DNA of 63,276 bases, filler included, from Octopus bimaculoides (GCF_001194135.2; 8 parts of 8 records of this genome joined end to end with filler, not necessarily neighbours in it); one strand, 5' to 3'; counted from the first letter of the whole stretch, positions 25,481 through 40,055 are shown. The notes: a model not told the origin generated them from the sequence alone. A program made the numbers and translations.

Positions 25481-27029
25481 TAACCCCACAACCACTGTGT
25501 TGCATGTTCACTGCTTTGTGCATGTGTATGTGCATGTGCGCACACGCATGTGTGTGTATGTTTGTGTTTTGCTACCACTGCCATTGCTACTGCCCACAAC
25601 AATGGTGAGATTGACTCTGATAATGATGATGACAATTCAAAGAACAAAAACTACCAATAAACAATACATGAGTATTCTACATCATGCAGCAGTTTAAGTA
25701 TTTCTGTAAACTGATGCAAAGTTTTTTCAGGCGCCTTGAAGCATTTACTTGTGACATAAGAGAGAAATTTACCAACAAACTTTATAAAAGATGTACTGAT
25801 TAATTCCAAAAGTATTTTGAGAAACTAAGGGTATTTCAGTTGGATATTGATTTTGTTGTTTGTCTTCGTTATTCTAGGGTTATCAAGTTGAAAGCATGAT
25901 TGATAGTTTGAAGCAACAGAGATGTGAATAATTTCAAGGACAGAACATAAAACTGTATGTTAGATATAAAAAGCAAGTAATAAATGAAGTAATGTATGGG
26001 AAAAAGTGTTCCTTATATATTAAAGAATGAAAGTGTTCAATTTGAAGCATTTTAAGAATTAATAATTTAAAGGAAATAATATTTTCTAATCGGTATAATT
26101 AGTAAAAAGCAATGAAAATTCAAAGGAATAAAAGCCTTTCTTTCCAGAATTTTCAGTTATCAAAAATAGAAACATATTTACACAGAAATCTATTAAAATA
26201 CTTACCTTGTGTGGATAATTGAATAAAATCAAATTGAAATTTGGAATGAATGATTTCCAAATGGGTTTTAAAATTTCTGATTGAATTTAAACACTAATTG
26301 TCAAATGAAAATACACACATGTATGTATGTATGTATGTATGTATGTATGTATGTATGTATGTATGTATGTATGTATGTATTCATGTATGTATGTATGTAT
26401 GTATGTATGTATGTATGTATGTATGTATGTATGTGTGTATATATCTTCTATCTTTCTTTGTTTCCACCATTGGACTGTGGCCATGCTTGAGCACCAATTT
26501 GAAGGATTTAGTTGAACAGATCAACCCCTAGTACCTATTTTTTAAGTTTGACATTTATTCTATCAATTTCTTTGGCTGAACTACTAAGTTATTTGGGTGT
26601 ACACACATCATACCAATTGTAAAACAGTGAGCTGGAGAAACAAACACAAGCATGAAGACATACACACATATACATATAAACATATATATCCCTGTAGCAA
26701 CGAGACTATAGGATGTCACAATGTGCTTCCTTGCAGATCCATGATGAAACTCAGAAAAGACAGAAGCATAACAGAAAGTGAGTGATTGGTGAAAAACAGT
26801 GTGGGAAAGGCTTTTAATGAGAATGAGGGATTGATGCTAATAGGAAGTGGTTCCAAAGGGAGAGGGAGGAAACTGGTTGCACAAAATGAGGGGGCATGAA
26901 ATATGTGCTGGTTTTGCTTTCAATTATAGCAGCTGAGTTGTGCCATTGTTGGAAGAGTGATGGAAGGATGAACGTTAAGAAGATTACATGTGGGGAATGT
27001 TCCATACAGCAGATTGAGTACAGGTATAG

Positions 27030-27260
27030 AACCCAGTATGTACACAACTTAACGGTGTCACTATGGGAACAAAGATGGGTCACAGTTATGCAAACCATTT
27101 TGTAGGCTGCATTAAGGAGCAAATCTTTGCCCAGTTTATGGGACCTATCCCAGAGTTGTTCAAACATTATACTGATGTTTGTACTGATGCTGCCATCCTC
27201 ACCAGACAAGACCAAATCAGATTCATTTCTTTTGTTAACACAATGGGCTATAACATTTAT
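27030..27260 (+). mobile_element. Penelope-like reverse transcriptase fragment
   Basis: QLNGVTMGTKMGHSYANHFVG...FKHYTDV corresponds to degenerate PLE RT motifs (GxxMGxxxxPxYAN, YxDD). Confidence 0.75.
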
Positions 27261-28149
27261 CATTGTGCAACATCTCTGTACCTCATAGATTCACACATTG
27301 AAGGAATCAGAATATTTCATATTTAATCTCTGAACAATAGCATCATCATGTTTATGTGAAAATTTTTTTCCTTCTACTCCTTCACCTTGTAGTTTTGAAA
27401 TCCCATTCTTTTCCTTCATCTCTCCACTCACCCTCATCTGCTTCTCTTCTCTTCATTTCTCTTTCCTTCTTCTTCCCTCAGCTAGTTTCTCTCTCCTATT
27501 TCCTGTATATGTACATAAGCTTTTATATATAAGTGCTCCACCACCTTTATGGATACATAGCTTGACATCTGCTTTTGTATGAAAACAAAGTTATTTCTTT
27601 CATTATAATATGTTACATACATTAAAACAAAGTTTTAATATATATATACATGTATATACATTATAATGTATATTATATAAAGTATATTAACACAAATTTT
27701 TATGTCTTTATAACAAAACATTATAATGTTAAGTTCTTACTTTCAACAATTACAATAATTTTTTCAGCTGCTGTTGTTTATATCTTGCATTATTTTTATG
27801 TTTTCAAAGACATCTAAAAAAAAAAGAATGCATGAATTTTTATGCTGCTGACCAAAAACCTGTGCAAAGAAACATTCTAGATTTATTTTATGTCACAGTT
27901 ACATTTCATTGATTCTTTATGTAGTGTAAGAAATTGGATAAGTTTGAATGCTTGTGTGGAGAAAAGACAACTGAAGTTTAGGGAGTAACACCTTGTGTAA
28001 GAAAGAAAAGAGAAAATGATATTTTTTTTCTCTTTCTGGACACTGCTGTATTAGACAACTATTGTGGAATGTCTTGAGGAAACAACACAAAATAAAATTT
28101 GAATAAGAACTGATGTATTGTTCAAGTTGAGTTTGGTAAATCATCATCA

Positions 28150-28630
28150 TCATCATTTAACATCCATTGTCCATGCTGGCATGGGTTGGACAGTTTGACG
28201 AGGCTGGCATGCTAGAAGGCTGCCCAGGCTCCTGTCTGATTTGGCATGGTTTTCTACAGCCAGATGCCCTTCCTAATGCCAACCACTCCAAGAGCGTAAT
28301 GGGTGCTTTTACGTGCCACCAGCATGGGTGCCATTTGTGTGACACTGGTATCTGCCACAACTGCTATTTTGCTTGGCTTGATGGGTCTTCTTCTCAAGCA
28401 CAACATAATGCCAAAGGTCTTGGTCATTGCCTCCATGAGGCCCAACACTTGAAAGGAACTCGGCCACTTTGCCTCCTGTTCTACTTTTATAGATGTCATC
28501 ATCATCATTTAATGTCTATGTTCTGTGCTGGCATGGGTTGGATAGTTTGACAGGATCTGATGGGTCCAAGGACAGCATCATGCTCCAGTATCAGCTTTGA
28601 CATGCTTCCTATGGCTGGATGCCCTTCCTA
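28150..28630 (-). mobile_element. Two adjacent truncated RTE-derived 3' end copies
   Basis: (CAT)n + ttaac..tccatgctggcatgggttggac...ggatgcccttccta shared with 24850-25000. Confidence 0.75.
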
Positions 28631-28875
28631 CACCAAAGATCTCAACCTAAATAAAAACACGTTCTTTTATTCTTTTACTTGTTTCAATCATTTGACTGTG
28701 GCCATGCTGGAGTACCACCTTAAAGAGGCTTAGTTGAAGAAATTGACCCCAAGACTCATTCTTTGTAAGCCTAGTACTTATTCTTTTGGTCTCTTTTGCT
28801 GAACCACTAAGTTACAGGGACATCAACACACCAACATCGGTTGTCAAGTAATGGTGGGAAGAGAAACACAGACAC

Positions 28876-28952
<77 letters not shown>

Positions 28953-29989
28953 TATACATATATATCATCATCATCATCATCGTTTAACGTCTGCTTTCCA
29001 TGCTGACATGGGTTGGACGGTTTGACCGGGGACTGGTGAGCCAGATGGCTGCACTAGGCTCCAATATGATTTGGCAATATATATATACAATGGGCTCCTT
29101 TCAATTTCCATCTACCAAATCCACTCACAAGGCCTTGTTCACCCCAAGGCTATAGAAAAAGATATTTGCCCAAGGTGCCATGTAGAGGGATTGAACCCAG
29201 AACCATGTAGTTGGCTTCTTACCACACAGTCATGCCTTACAATACAATTCATTTATAAAACTGCTGGGAATTGAACATGCATTTTTTAATTAACATTCAG
29301 ACACAAGCATGGTTGTGGAGTTAATAAGTTTGCTTCCCAAACACATGATTTCAGATTTAGTCCCTCAAAATGGCACCTTAGGCAAGTGTCTTCTATCATA
29401 ATACCAGACTGACCAAAGCGTTGGGAGACGCTTTGGTGATGGAAACTGAAAGAAGCCTGTCAGTATGTACGTGCATGCTTTGGTGTCTATGTGTTTGTGT
29501 GTCCTCTTGACAACATGTAATAGATGTAAACAAGTGTCACCACCATATAAGCAGTGTTCTTCATTTCCGAATCTTTCATGAAAACCCATCTGCCTATTAA
29601 TATTACCTTGCTTTCAAACAGGCAAGGGCTGGTGACAGAAGGGCATCAGGTTACAGAAAATTTGCTTCAGTGGATTCTATCTGACCCATGCAACATTGGA
29701 AAAGTGAGTGTTAATGTGATGATGATGATGACAACGATGATATATAAGGCTTGGCAGGGAAGCTTGATGATTTTTCAATGAATATAATAATATCAAATTT
29801 AGGATATTCACAGCTTTTATTGTCTAAATGTATAGAACAATGTGTACCATTGACAATGATATAAAAGACACAGAAGTCACTGTCCATTTACTTTACAAAA
29901 CTAATATCATCCAAGACTTGACAGTATTTTGCACATATATACTTGTAGTTTATCCTAAAGTTCTGCATTGTATATTGCACTATGTCTTG

Positions 29990-30200
29990 AATTATTACCA
30001 TAAATTCCTGTCAAGTGGCAGCTTTCAGTGTACACAGTTTATTGATGAATACTTTCTGTTCAAGGTAGCCACAAAGGAAATAATTCCAAAATAATTCATC
30101 AATAATATCTGTGAAAACACTCAATGTATGAGTAGTTGCTCCATTTTGTTGAAGCCATACATGCTCTATGTTAATCCCACTTCTGTTCAGTTCTAGTAAA
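29990..30200 (-). mobile_element. Tc1/mariner-superfamily catalytic-domain remnant
   Basis: WLQQNGATTHT...FLCGYLEQKVF corresponds to WFQQDGAxxH and WGYLKxKVY motifs. Confidence 0.65.
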
Positions 30201-33104
30201 AAGAAGTTGTACAACATGAAAACATGGCAATTATAATTTACTGCTATTACAGGTCTGTTCTCTTCAAAAGAATATGAACCTTCTGCATTAGTTTGCCACG
30301 CAGTACCACATCGTTATATGTTTACAGTGAAAGGGACACTCATGATATTATTATGGATTGTTGCCTGATTATTAATAGAGATTTGCATTCAGATTAGTCT
30401 GTCAAATCTAATGCTTTTTTATTCAAATTTGAATTAATCATGCATTATCTTACAACTTTGAGATTTAGATGATGTTATTGTGTATTTTCAGAATGTCAGT
30501 GTAAGTTAGGTGTGAAAGGGTTCATATGGTCAGTTCGAATGTAAAAACTGTAGAATATTTGGGCTGGATATAGCTGAATTAAATGCTAAAGGGTTAAGCA
30601 AATGGAAATGTGCCTCATCATTCTTGAGAAGAACTGCATAGCCTGTTCACATCACAAACTTCAAGAGAAAATGGGACAACACACAGCAATCAAGACTCTT
30701 CTTTTTTCCTGATATTTCAATATAGTTTTTTATGTATTTAGTTCTAGTTCTTATGGATCTAATTCTATTGCTGATGTTCTTACTGTATGAACTTTTTAAA
30801 AAATATATACTAGTGACAGTGGCAGTATTAATACTGAGAGGTAATGTTTATGCAAACTTAAACATGGATGTTCTGTTAGAACAAACTATACTGCAGTAGA
30901 TACCATGAGAGAAACTCTCAGCTTCTATAGAACTCTGATGAACTTTCTGCTCGAGTATCCTCTGTCAAGACCTTTAACCCTTTAGCATTCAGATTGTAAA
31001 TGTAATGCTTATTTATTCACTTTGTTTTGAATTAATTATGTATTATCTAGTAGCTCTGAGATTTCAATGATGTGATTTTTTAATTTTAGATTGACTTTGT
31101 AGGCTGGTTTGAACATAAAACAGGTAGAATATTTTGGCTAGATATCATCAATTTAAATGCTAAAAAGTTAAACATGTCACTCGCTTCTCTTCCCAGATGC
31201 ATCATTTCTCTGTTGAGCTTCATGTTAGTCATAAGTCCTTTTAGTCTTATAGCTTCTTTCCTCAAACTGCTGCTCTCTAGAACTCACTATCTTCTTGTTT
31301 TCTTCTGGTCTAAAGTACTCAGTTCTTTAAGCTTTCTGGCAATTGGTGCCTTTTGAATTTGGAGGCTTTTTCTTTTCCTTCTTTACAATCCCTTATTACT
31401 ACAGTGGCCTCAAGCCTTGTTTGAAAAAAAAATCATAAAAAAGCTTATTTTCTACAAATGTTTTCTGGTTTTCCCTATTTCAATGCAGAATGACAAGAAC
31501 TGTTCATTATACCATCACCTGACACCTTTAATAATCTTTAATATTAAAACACTTCACATATTGTCTGACGATTTTTTCTTGTTAACCTGAAATTTTCTGC
31601 TCTTTAAATAATATCATATTTCAACTAAGCACTTCTCTATGACAGACCATTTTCAGATGCAAATGTGAATTTCAATCCTTAAGACTCACTGAAATCATGT
31701 TATATATGCTAGATAGCACCACCAAGTATGCGATTCATTCTTCCCCACCTTCTCATCGCACATTTTAAAAACCTATTGGGTTTCTCATGTGAATAGATCT
31801 AGTAGATGGAAAATAAAGGAAGCACATTGTATGTGTGAATGTGTGTGTATGTATGTGCGTGTGCATGTGTGTGTGTGTGAGTGAGTGATAGAGAGAGAGA
31901 GAATGTGTGTATGTATGTGTGTGACAGAGACAGAGAGAGTGTGTATGTGTGAAATTTAATAATTGATTTGAACATCTTAGAATGTGGTACATTCATGAAT
32001 TGTATGTTTTTTAATCATGTTAGATGAAGGGGGCAGTTCCAGCTATAAGTGAGCATCACTACCATGCAAGCCGTGTGTTGTGTGCTTCAATGATAACATG
32101 TCCAGCTGGGAGGAAAAAGTACTTTGCTTGGGAACAGATAAGGGTTGGCCACAGCAAAGACATCCAGTCATAAAAAGTCTGCTTCAATGAAATCTGTCTG
32201 ACCCATGCAAGCATGGAAAAAGGGAATGGTAAAATAATGATGATGATGATGATGGTGGTGGTGGTTGTGATATATGTATGTAAGTGCATATATATNNNNN
32301 NNNNNNNNNNNNNNNNNNNNNNNNNNNNNNNNNNNNNNNTTAATTAATTAANNNNNNNNNNNNNNNNNNNNNNNNNNNNNNNNNNNNNNNNNNNNATATA
32401 TATATATATATACATACATACAAATATATATACGCATATATACATATATCTATATGCATAATCTATCAGGGCTAATAGGAGACAAAGAAATTGATAAATA
32501 ATGAGAGCTTGAAGTATATTGAACCGTGAGTAATAGTACTGAATTTTGAAAATACGCGAGGGTTTTGCCTTTCAATTTGTTTATGAGGATATTGCGTGCC
32601 GAGGCTGCTAAAAATTAACGGCATTCATTTATTTCTCGGAGACAAATGAAATAAGATTGTTGCACAATGATATGAAATCGGGAGTCGTATTACTACGGGC
32701 TGTCGCCGCTCTCATGCAAAGAAAAAAAAAATAAAATCAAGAAAAGAAACGGCTACTTATATGCAGTAGTGCAAATGAATGACATCAATATTTAGATATA
32801 TATGCTTATACATACATATTTTTGTGTTTATCTGCTTGTTTCTATTTTTCATTTTTTTTGTACTCTTAGGCGTTCAATGCTGTTCCGTTATATTTCATAA
32901 CTCTTATCATCTACAATGTATTTGTTTTCATAGTTAATACAAAATAAAGAGAATGCATACTGAGTAATCTATATAATTCAAAATATGTATTTATGATTGC
33001 ATATATCGTTATGTAAATATTCTGCACCTCTATTTATTTGTAAATCTGTACATCTAAACCATCACTTTATTGTTATTTTTATCTTTTCTTTAGATGTTTA
33101 TTTC

Positions 33105-33237
33105 CTTGTGTTCTTTTCTGTTGAAGTGGGTAGGCTCGAAACGTAATAAACTTTCTCACCTTCCCAAGAGTTAAACTAATATACCTGTTTGTCGTTTATC
33201 CACTTGTCTTCGTCATTTGTTTTTGTGTAAATTCAAC

Positions 33238-33240
<3 letters not shown>
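33105..33240 (+). mobile_element. Copy of the same short repeat family (motif at 33112-33151)
   Basis: ttttctgttgaagtgggtaggctcgaaacgta...gagttaaactaatatacctgtttgtcg aligns to the family. Confidence 0.6.
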
Positions 33241-33323
<83 letters not shown>

Positions 33324-33767
33324 TGTGTGTGCAGATATATACATCTGAAAGATCCTAGAAGGGCTTATACCAAATTTTGGCATTGAATTTTACTCAAACA
33401 GCAGAACGTGGTACCACTGCATAGTGCCAACTATCTCAGCATCGCCATGAAAACGCAGGATCAGATACTTTATCAGCTTAGGTTTGATTGCGCACAGTAC
33501 CCATCTAAAGTGCCTAAGAGACCTGCATGGCATGGTTGTAAATTACTTTAATGCAAAAGTGGATCGCTTCCTGTCAACAGTTCCAAACACGCCTACCTCA
33601 CGGCAGGAATAACAGTTTAGGACAGAGGCATCAATCTCCCTCATTGACCAAATATCATACATGGTTCCAGATAGAGGTGTAGAACAGTCAAGGGCGGTAC
33701 CCTAATATCACAGCAGCTTTGACGCTGAAACATTTTAAAGATTTAGAGATCTAAAGACTTATGTATG

Positions 33768-33798
<31 letters not shown>

Positions 33799-34714
33799 NN
33801 NNNNNNNNNNNNNNNNNNNNNNNNNNNNNNNNNNNNNNNNNNNNNNNNNNNNNNNNNNNNNNNNNNNNNNNNNNNNNNNNNNNNNNNNNNNNNNNNNNNN
33901 NNNNNNNNNNNNNNNNNNNNNNNNNNNNNNNNNNNNNNNNNNNNNNNNNNNNNNNNNNNNNNNNNNNNNNNNNNNNNNNNNNNNNNNNNNNNNNNNNNNN
34001 NNNNNNNNNNNNNNNNNNNNNNNNNNNNNNNNNNNNNNNNNNNNNNNNNNNNNNNNNNNNNNNNNNNNNNNNNNNNNNNNNNNNNNNNNNNNNNNNNNNN
34101 NNNNNNNNNNNNNNNNNNNNNNNNNNNNNNNNNNNNNNNNNNNNNNNNNNNNNNNNNNNNNNNNNNNNNNNNNNNNNNNNNNNNNNNNNNNNNNNNNNNN
34201 NNNNNNNNNNNNNNNNNNNNNNNNNNNNNNNNNNNNNNNNNNNNNNNNNNNNNNNNNNNNNNNNNNNNNNNNNNNNNNNNNNNNNNNNNNNNNNNNNNNN
34301 NNNNNNNNNNNNNNNNNNNNNNNNNNNNNNNNNNNNNNNNNNNNNNNNNNNNNNNNNNNNNNNNNNNNNNNNNNNNNNNNNNNNNNNNNNNNNNNNNNNN
34401 NNNNNNNNNNNNNNNNNNNNNNNNNNNNNNNNNNNNNNNNNNNNNNNNNNNNNNNNNNNNNNNNNNNNNNNNNNNNNNNNNNNNNNNNNNNNNNNNNNNN
34501 NNNNNNNNNNNNNNNNNNNNNNNNNNNNNNNNNNNNNNNNNNNNNNNNNNNNNNNNNNNNNNNNNNNNNNNNNNNNNNNNNNNNNNNNNNNNNNNNNNNN
34601 NNNNNNNNNNNNNNNNNNNNNNNNNNNNNNNNNNNNNNNNNNNNNNNNNNNNNNNNNNNNNNNNNNNNNNNNNNNNNNNNNNNNNNNNNNNNNNNNNNNN
34701 NNNNNNNNNNNNNA

Positions 34715-35150
34715 TCAAATCTACCTGGACCAAGAACCTGCACAACAGAAAACTCCTTTTCTGGAACATGCTTAAAAACCACAACAAAGCTGAAATTTAT
34801 GACAAATGGTTAAACTCTTCTCCCATCATACTACCCCGTAAATTCCAAATTAAACACATCACAGATGAACCAGAAGGACAACGCTATCTAAGAGAAAAAC
34901 TGGCATCTGAAAAGATGAAAACTGAAGTAGAACTTTTAAAACTCAGAGCACAAAATCACGAACAAAAATACACAAAAATTGATGATGAGATGCTCTTCGA
35001 ACTTACCACACACTCCAACGAGCAATCCCTCGAACATGTTATTAAGCTGTGGAAAGATGAATGCCAATAGGAAGAACTAACTTCCCTTAAACACTGGGAA
35101 AACAACAACACATTCCTCCATAACTATGAAACACAATTCATATTAAACAT
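34715..35150 (+). mobile_element. Unclassified repeat-derived ORF fragment (over 110 codons, one in-frame stop)
   Basis: Protein-like composition (WTKNLHNRKLLFWNMLK...PIILPRKFQIK...LWKDECQ*EE), no splice sites, followed by a C/A-rich tract. Family not recognised with certainty. Confidence 0.35.
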
Positions 35151-35386
35151 CAAATCAAAAAAACCCTTCACAAAAGGACCAACAATACATACTACCACTG
35201 CTCCCCACAAACACCACCCCAAACCACACTACAAACACACATACCCCCTACCTCCCTCCATACCAAACACATCCTCTTCCAACCCTNNNNNNNNNNNNNN
35301 NNNNNNNNNNNNNNNNNNNNNNNNNNNNNNTTAATTAATTAANNNNNNNNNNNNNNNNNNNNNNNNNNNNNNNNNNNNNNNNNNNN

Positions 35387-35450
<64 letters not shown>

Positions 35451-36124
35451 AGAGCATCATATATCATTGCTGGTCTATTTCTATGTGTGTCTTCGTACAT
35501 CAATATATGTTAGTGTGTCTCTACGTATGTATCTGTATATATTTGTGTATGTGTGTCTAGGTTAGTGTATGCTTGTGTTTCTATATGTTAGCATTTATGT
35601 GTATGTGTGTGTGTGTGTGTGTTTGCTTGTATGTGTGTGTAGGTCTTTACATGTCCGTGTAGGTTAGTGAGTGTGTATATATGAATCTATTTATTTCTAT
35701 GCATATTAGTGTTTTTATCTATATATGTTAGTGTGCGTATATATCTGTATCAATGTGTGTGTATCTTTATATGTCTATGTACGTTAGTGTATGTGTATCT
35801 ATATATGATTATGTGTGTGTCTGTGTATGTCTATATTAGTGTATGTGTGTTTTTATACGTCTATCTCAATGTATGTGTGTGTGTATCTATGTGTATGAGA
35901 TTGTATTAGTGTCTATGCTTATGTATGGGTGTCTATGTATGTTAGTGCACGTGCCTGTATGTCTATGTATGGTAGTGCTAGTTGCTTTAAGTAACTGTGT
36001 ATGTATGTGTATTTGACTTTGGTGTGTATTTCTGGGTCCATCTACAAAGACATTTAGTATTAGAGAACGACTGTCCCCTCCTCCAAAATTTCAGGCCTTG
36101 ATCCTATGATATAAAGGATTATTA

Positions 36125-36168
<44 letters not shown>

Positions 36169-36185
36169 TCTTTATTTCTTTTCAG

Positions 36186-36236
36186 AATATCTCAAATACC
36201 TCACTCCAGATAATCCCGACTACAAAGATACTCTCA
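36186..36236 (+). CDS. FGD6: FGD5/6-like RhoGEF, first visible exon (end of DH domain; YLKYLTPDNPDYKDTL)
   Basis: ttcag acceptor, gtaagt donor, phase 1/1. Peptide resembles the DH C-terminus of FGD6 and splices in frame to the next exon. Confidence 0.85.
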
Positions 36237-36243
36237 GTAAGTG

Positions 36244-36286
<43 letters not shown>

Positions 36287-36499
36287 NNNNNNNNNNCATA
36301 CCTATTTCCTTCTTTTCCTATCTCTCTTACCTCCTTAGCTCAGGTGTTCCAAGCCAAGAAAGAGTGAAAGAGAGAGATGGGCATAAAGAAACTATTATTT
36401 TGTGAGCAGTGGACATGGTGGACACTCATTTTAAAATCTAGCTTTAAAAAAGAAAAAGAATTTGCTCAAAGAATAAAAAGGGCATACATCATCATCATC

Positions 36500-36870
36500 A
36501 TCATCATCAACATTTAATGCCCATTTTCCATGCTGGCATGGGTTGGATGGCTTGACTGGAACTGGTAAGACCAGGGGTTGCACCAGGTTCCATAGTCTGT
36601 ATTGGCTTGGTTTTTATGGCTGGATGCCCTTCCTAATGCCAATCGCTTTACAGAGTGTAGTGGGTGCTTTTTATGTGGCACCAGCACCCACACCAATGCT
36701 TTTTGTGTGACACCTTGGTTTTAGGATCTCAATTCTGTTTTGGTAACCAGGTCTTCTAGAGTGCAGCAACATCATCTGGTCATCGGTCATCTCCTTCATA
36801 AGGTTCAGCGTTTCAGATTGGCCTCCAATACTTCATCCCGTCTCTTCCTGGGTTCACCCCTTCCACAACT
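36500..36870 (-). mobile_element. RTE-derived 3' end copy in FGD intron (antisense to the gene)
   Basis: (CAT)n tail, 3' UTR and the GRGxPRK coding remnant at about 36840-36870. Confidence 0.75.
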
Positions 36871-37707
36871 TCCCCTCACATACATTCATATAAATTCTTT
36901 TAAATAAGTAAATTTGAAGAAGAAAATTATAAATCTGGTAGATATTGGATGATGCAGATGTGGCCGAATGGTTTCAAGTTCAATCTCACTCTCTCTTGTA
37001 CTATCAGGTCATGTTGACCCAAGTCTTCTGAGTAAAATTGGGTGGGTTGACTGAAACTAGAGAAGCCAGTCAAGTCTTAGGATTGGTTTGAATTTGAATT
37101 TTCACTCTTTTTCTGTATTAGTTTTGAGGGTTTTTTTTAGGGCTCTTCTCTCACTTGAGCTAACATACCATTAAGTCATGGAGTGCCTTTTGCTGCACCC
37201 ACTCTGTTGCATGAATTTATGGGTGGCTGCACATCAAGTTATGGAAAGAAGATGAAATCAGCACTGCAGGTTTAGTGAGATGCTCCCCTTCTTCTTCTTC
37301 TTCTTCTTCTTCTTCTTCTATGTACAAGTTGACTCCAAGTCTTACCCTAAGTCATCAAGAGACAAGGTAGAAGTTCAAGATGGTGCTATAACCAAGCTGC
37401 CATATTATTGTTGTTATTATTTTTATTATTATTATTATTTGTTGTCTTTGCACAGCTTCTAATGCTGGAGATGTACTACAGTGCCACCTGTTCACTACCA
37501 GTGAACTAAGGTAACACCCCTTATATTTCGAGAGCCATCTGGAGTATTCCAGCAGTTCCAAGCTGTGCTGTTTTCTACAAGTGCTCCAGCCTTGTTGCAG
37601 CCCCTATTTGTTCCATGTACTTCTCAAGATTTTTACTCGCTGTTCCCAGGGCTCCGACAATTATTGGTACTACTACCACCATTTTTATCGACCACAACTG
37701 CTTAACC

Positions 37708-37757
<50 letters not shown>

Positions 37758-38204
37758 GGAGTCAAATGGTAAGTAGTGTCAGTAGTACCATCCCAGATGT
37801 GGGAAGGTTGTTTCACTTGGGGCTTTTGGGTTGGGGGTTAGTTAGTGATTAATTTAAGCCTGTCTCTCATTACTGTTTTAAAACTTAACAACTAATTATT
37901 TCACAAGAACTGCATTTGATGGCATAAAAAACACATGGTAATATTAGACACACTTCAATTTCAGCAGCTCATATTCAGGAAAAAATAGTTTTTAGTGCAT
38001 CAAAGCATGTAATATGGCTCCAACTTTGCATATAGGACCTAGGGTAATTTTCTTCAGGCATATTTTAGGAAAATAAATGTATCTTATGCGCCATCAACTA
38101 CTGCATATGATTAATTAACATATGACAAAAAAGAAAAATCAGTATTTTCTCTTCAATTATTCAGTATTCAATAAATATTCACCAAGTCTTATTTTCTCTT
38201 TCAG

Positions 38205-38263
38205 CTGCTCTAGATATTGTAAGCAAGGTCTCTGAACATGCAAATGAAAGAATTCGACAGGGT
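38205..38263 (+). CDS. FGD6: FGD5/6-like exon (ALDIVSKVSEHANERIRQG)
   Basis: ttcag/gtaagt sites, phase 1/0. Resembles the FGD6 post-DH helix (ALAVVIEVANHAN...QG). Confidence 0.9.
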
Positions 38264-38342
38264 GTAAGTATTTCTGTTATTTTGTGGGTTGAGTGCTGCA
38301 CTTGGAATACACTGATTTTCTATCCTATCTGGACCTACACTG

Positions 38343-38376
<34 letters not shown>

Positions 38377-38379
38377 TGG

Positions 38380-38870
38380 GGCAAGTGAGATCGAAACTGA
38401 ACCAAATTTGATGACTGGCACCCGTGCCAGTGGGGCGCTAACAGCACCATCCGACCGGGATCACTGCCAGAGCGGCGGTCTCGCTCCCATGCCGGTGGCA
38501 CGTAAAAAGCACCATATGAGCGCGATCATTTCCAGCTTTGCCTTACTGGCACTTGTGTCAGTGGCATGTGAACAAAACATTGAACTGACTCCTGTGCAGG
38601 TGGCACGTAAAAAACACCATTTGAGCATGGCCGTTGCCAGTACTGCCGGACTGGCTCTCGTACCGGACTGGCTCTCGTGCCAGACTGGCTCTCGTGCTGG
38701 TGGCACATAGAAAGCACCCACTACACTCTCGGAGTGGTTGGTGTTAGGAAGGGAATCCAGCTGTAGAAACTCTGCCAGATCAGATTGGAGTCTGGAGTAG
38801 CCATCTAGTTCGCCAGTCCCCAGTCAAATCGTCCAACCCATGCTAGCATGGAAAACGGACCTTAAATGGT
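38380..38870 (+). mobile_element. RTE-derived modular element in FGD intron
   Basis: Repeated tggcacgtaaaaa.cacc modules, then the RTE-type 3' UTR ending caacccatgctagcatggaaa. Confidence 0.75.
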
Positions 38871-39637
38871 GATTCCATCTGACTGCAGTGTATTCTTTGG
38901 CAAATGTCTTCTGCTATAGCTTCATCAGTAAAATATTTGGTTGAAATAGACTGTACAGAAGCCCATATGTATGTGTGTGTGTGTGTTTATGCATGTAAGT
39001 CTGTATGTGTTCACATTGTTATTGTGTCAGCAATAGCTGTGATAGTGTTTATGTCCTTCATAAACAATGTCCTGTGACTTGCCAGTTTCTTTGAAGAATA
39101 AGTAAACACAAGCCACAGGAAGGGCACCAAGCTCGACAAGACTGCCTCAGTAAGTCTCATGCAACCATTACCAACATGGCAAAAGTGGTTGTAAAGAAAA
39201 GTAGTGGTGGTGGTGGTGGTGGCGACGATGGCGGCAGTGGTGGTGGTAGTGGTAGTAACTGCTTTTCTACATTCTCAACAGTTAGCAGAGTCCACACCCC
39301 ATATGTATGTATATATATATATATATACAAATAATAAATGAGTATATGCATATATACTTACATGTATGTACATACCTACATCTACATGTATATATAGATG
39401 CATATCTGGGTACAGGACGTTGCAAATTAACGTGGACAAAATGATAAACAGAGTACAGAAAACACACAGGCCACATACAAAACATTTCCTTCATCAGCTG
39501 CCACCATTCTAAAACTAAGCGTTTCGAAGAGTTAGGGCAGGACGCATCGTTAGAATGGCTCTTCCTACGGACCACAAATTAAATTTGTACCATGGAGGAA
39601 TATATGATAAATACATGCATGCATATGCACACATATA

Positions 39638-39856
39638 TACAGGGATGCTGAAAACTTCCTGGGTTGGAGTAAAAGAAAATACTGGACGATCAGTTAATTA
39701 TGATTTTATTCAACATATTCTTCTGTCGGATTCACACACTTATAGCAGTGGTCCTTCAGTTTTTCTAAGCCCTGTAAACTAATTTGGAAGGTTAGGCTTC
39801 CAACTAGCCCTTTTGCAACATCTTTAAAGTCAGGAACTTTTCAGCACCCCCTTGTA
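39638..39856. mobile_element. mariner-derived MITE with TA ends; a homologue lies in opposite orientation at 55343-55565
   Basis: TIRs tacagggatgctgaaaacttcctg / caggaacttttcagcacccccttgta. Confidence 0.75.
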
Positions 39857-40055
39857 TATTTACTTATATATACATACATTATATTTACATATATATTCAT
39901 ACATTCATTCTGAATCGAAACAATTTGTAGGATTATAATATTTGTATTTATATTATAATAATATAATATGATGTTAATAAATTAAAATATGTCAATCATA
40001 AATCTCCATTTTCTTTTCATTTATATATATATATATTACATTTATCTATTGACAG

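Noticed and set aside
30253-30365. Plus-strand exon candidate LFSSKEYEPSALVCHAVPHRYMFTVK as an upstream FGD exon
   Set aside because: No credible donor and no similarity to a DH domain.
39480-39575. Minus-strand repeat end with GAAGAG...CTCTTC-GAAAC and a separate CTGATGA
   Set aside because: The boxes are in the wrong order and the position expected to hold CUGANGA reads CCGUAGGA; it cannot be folded into a hammerhead.
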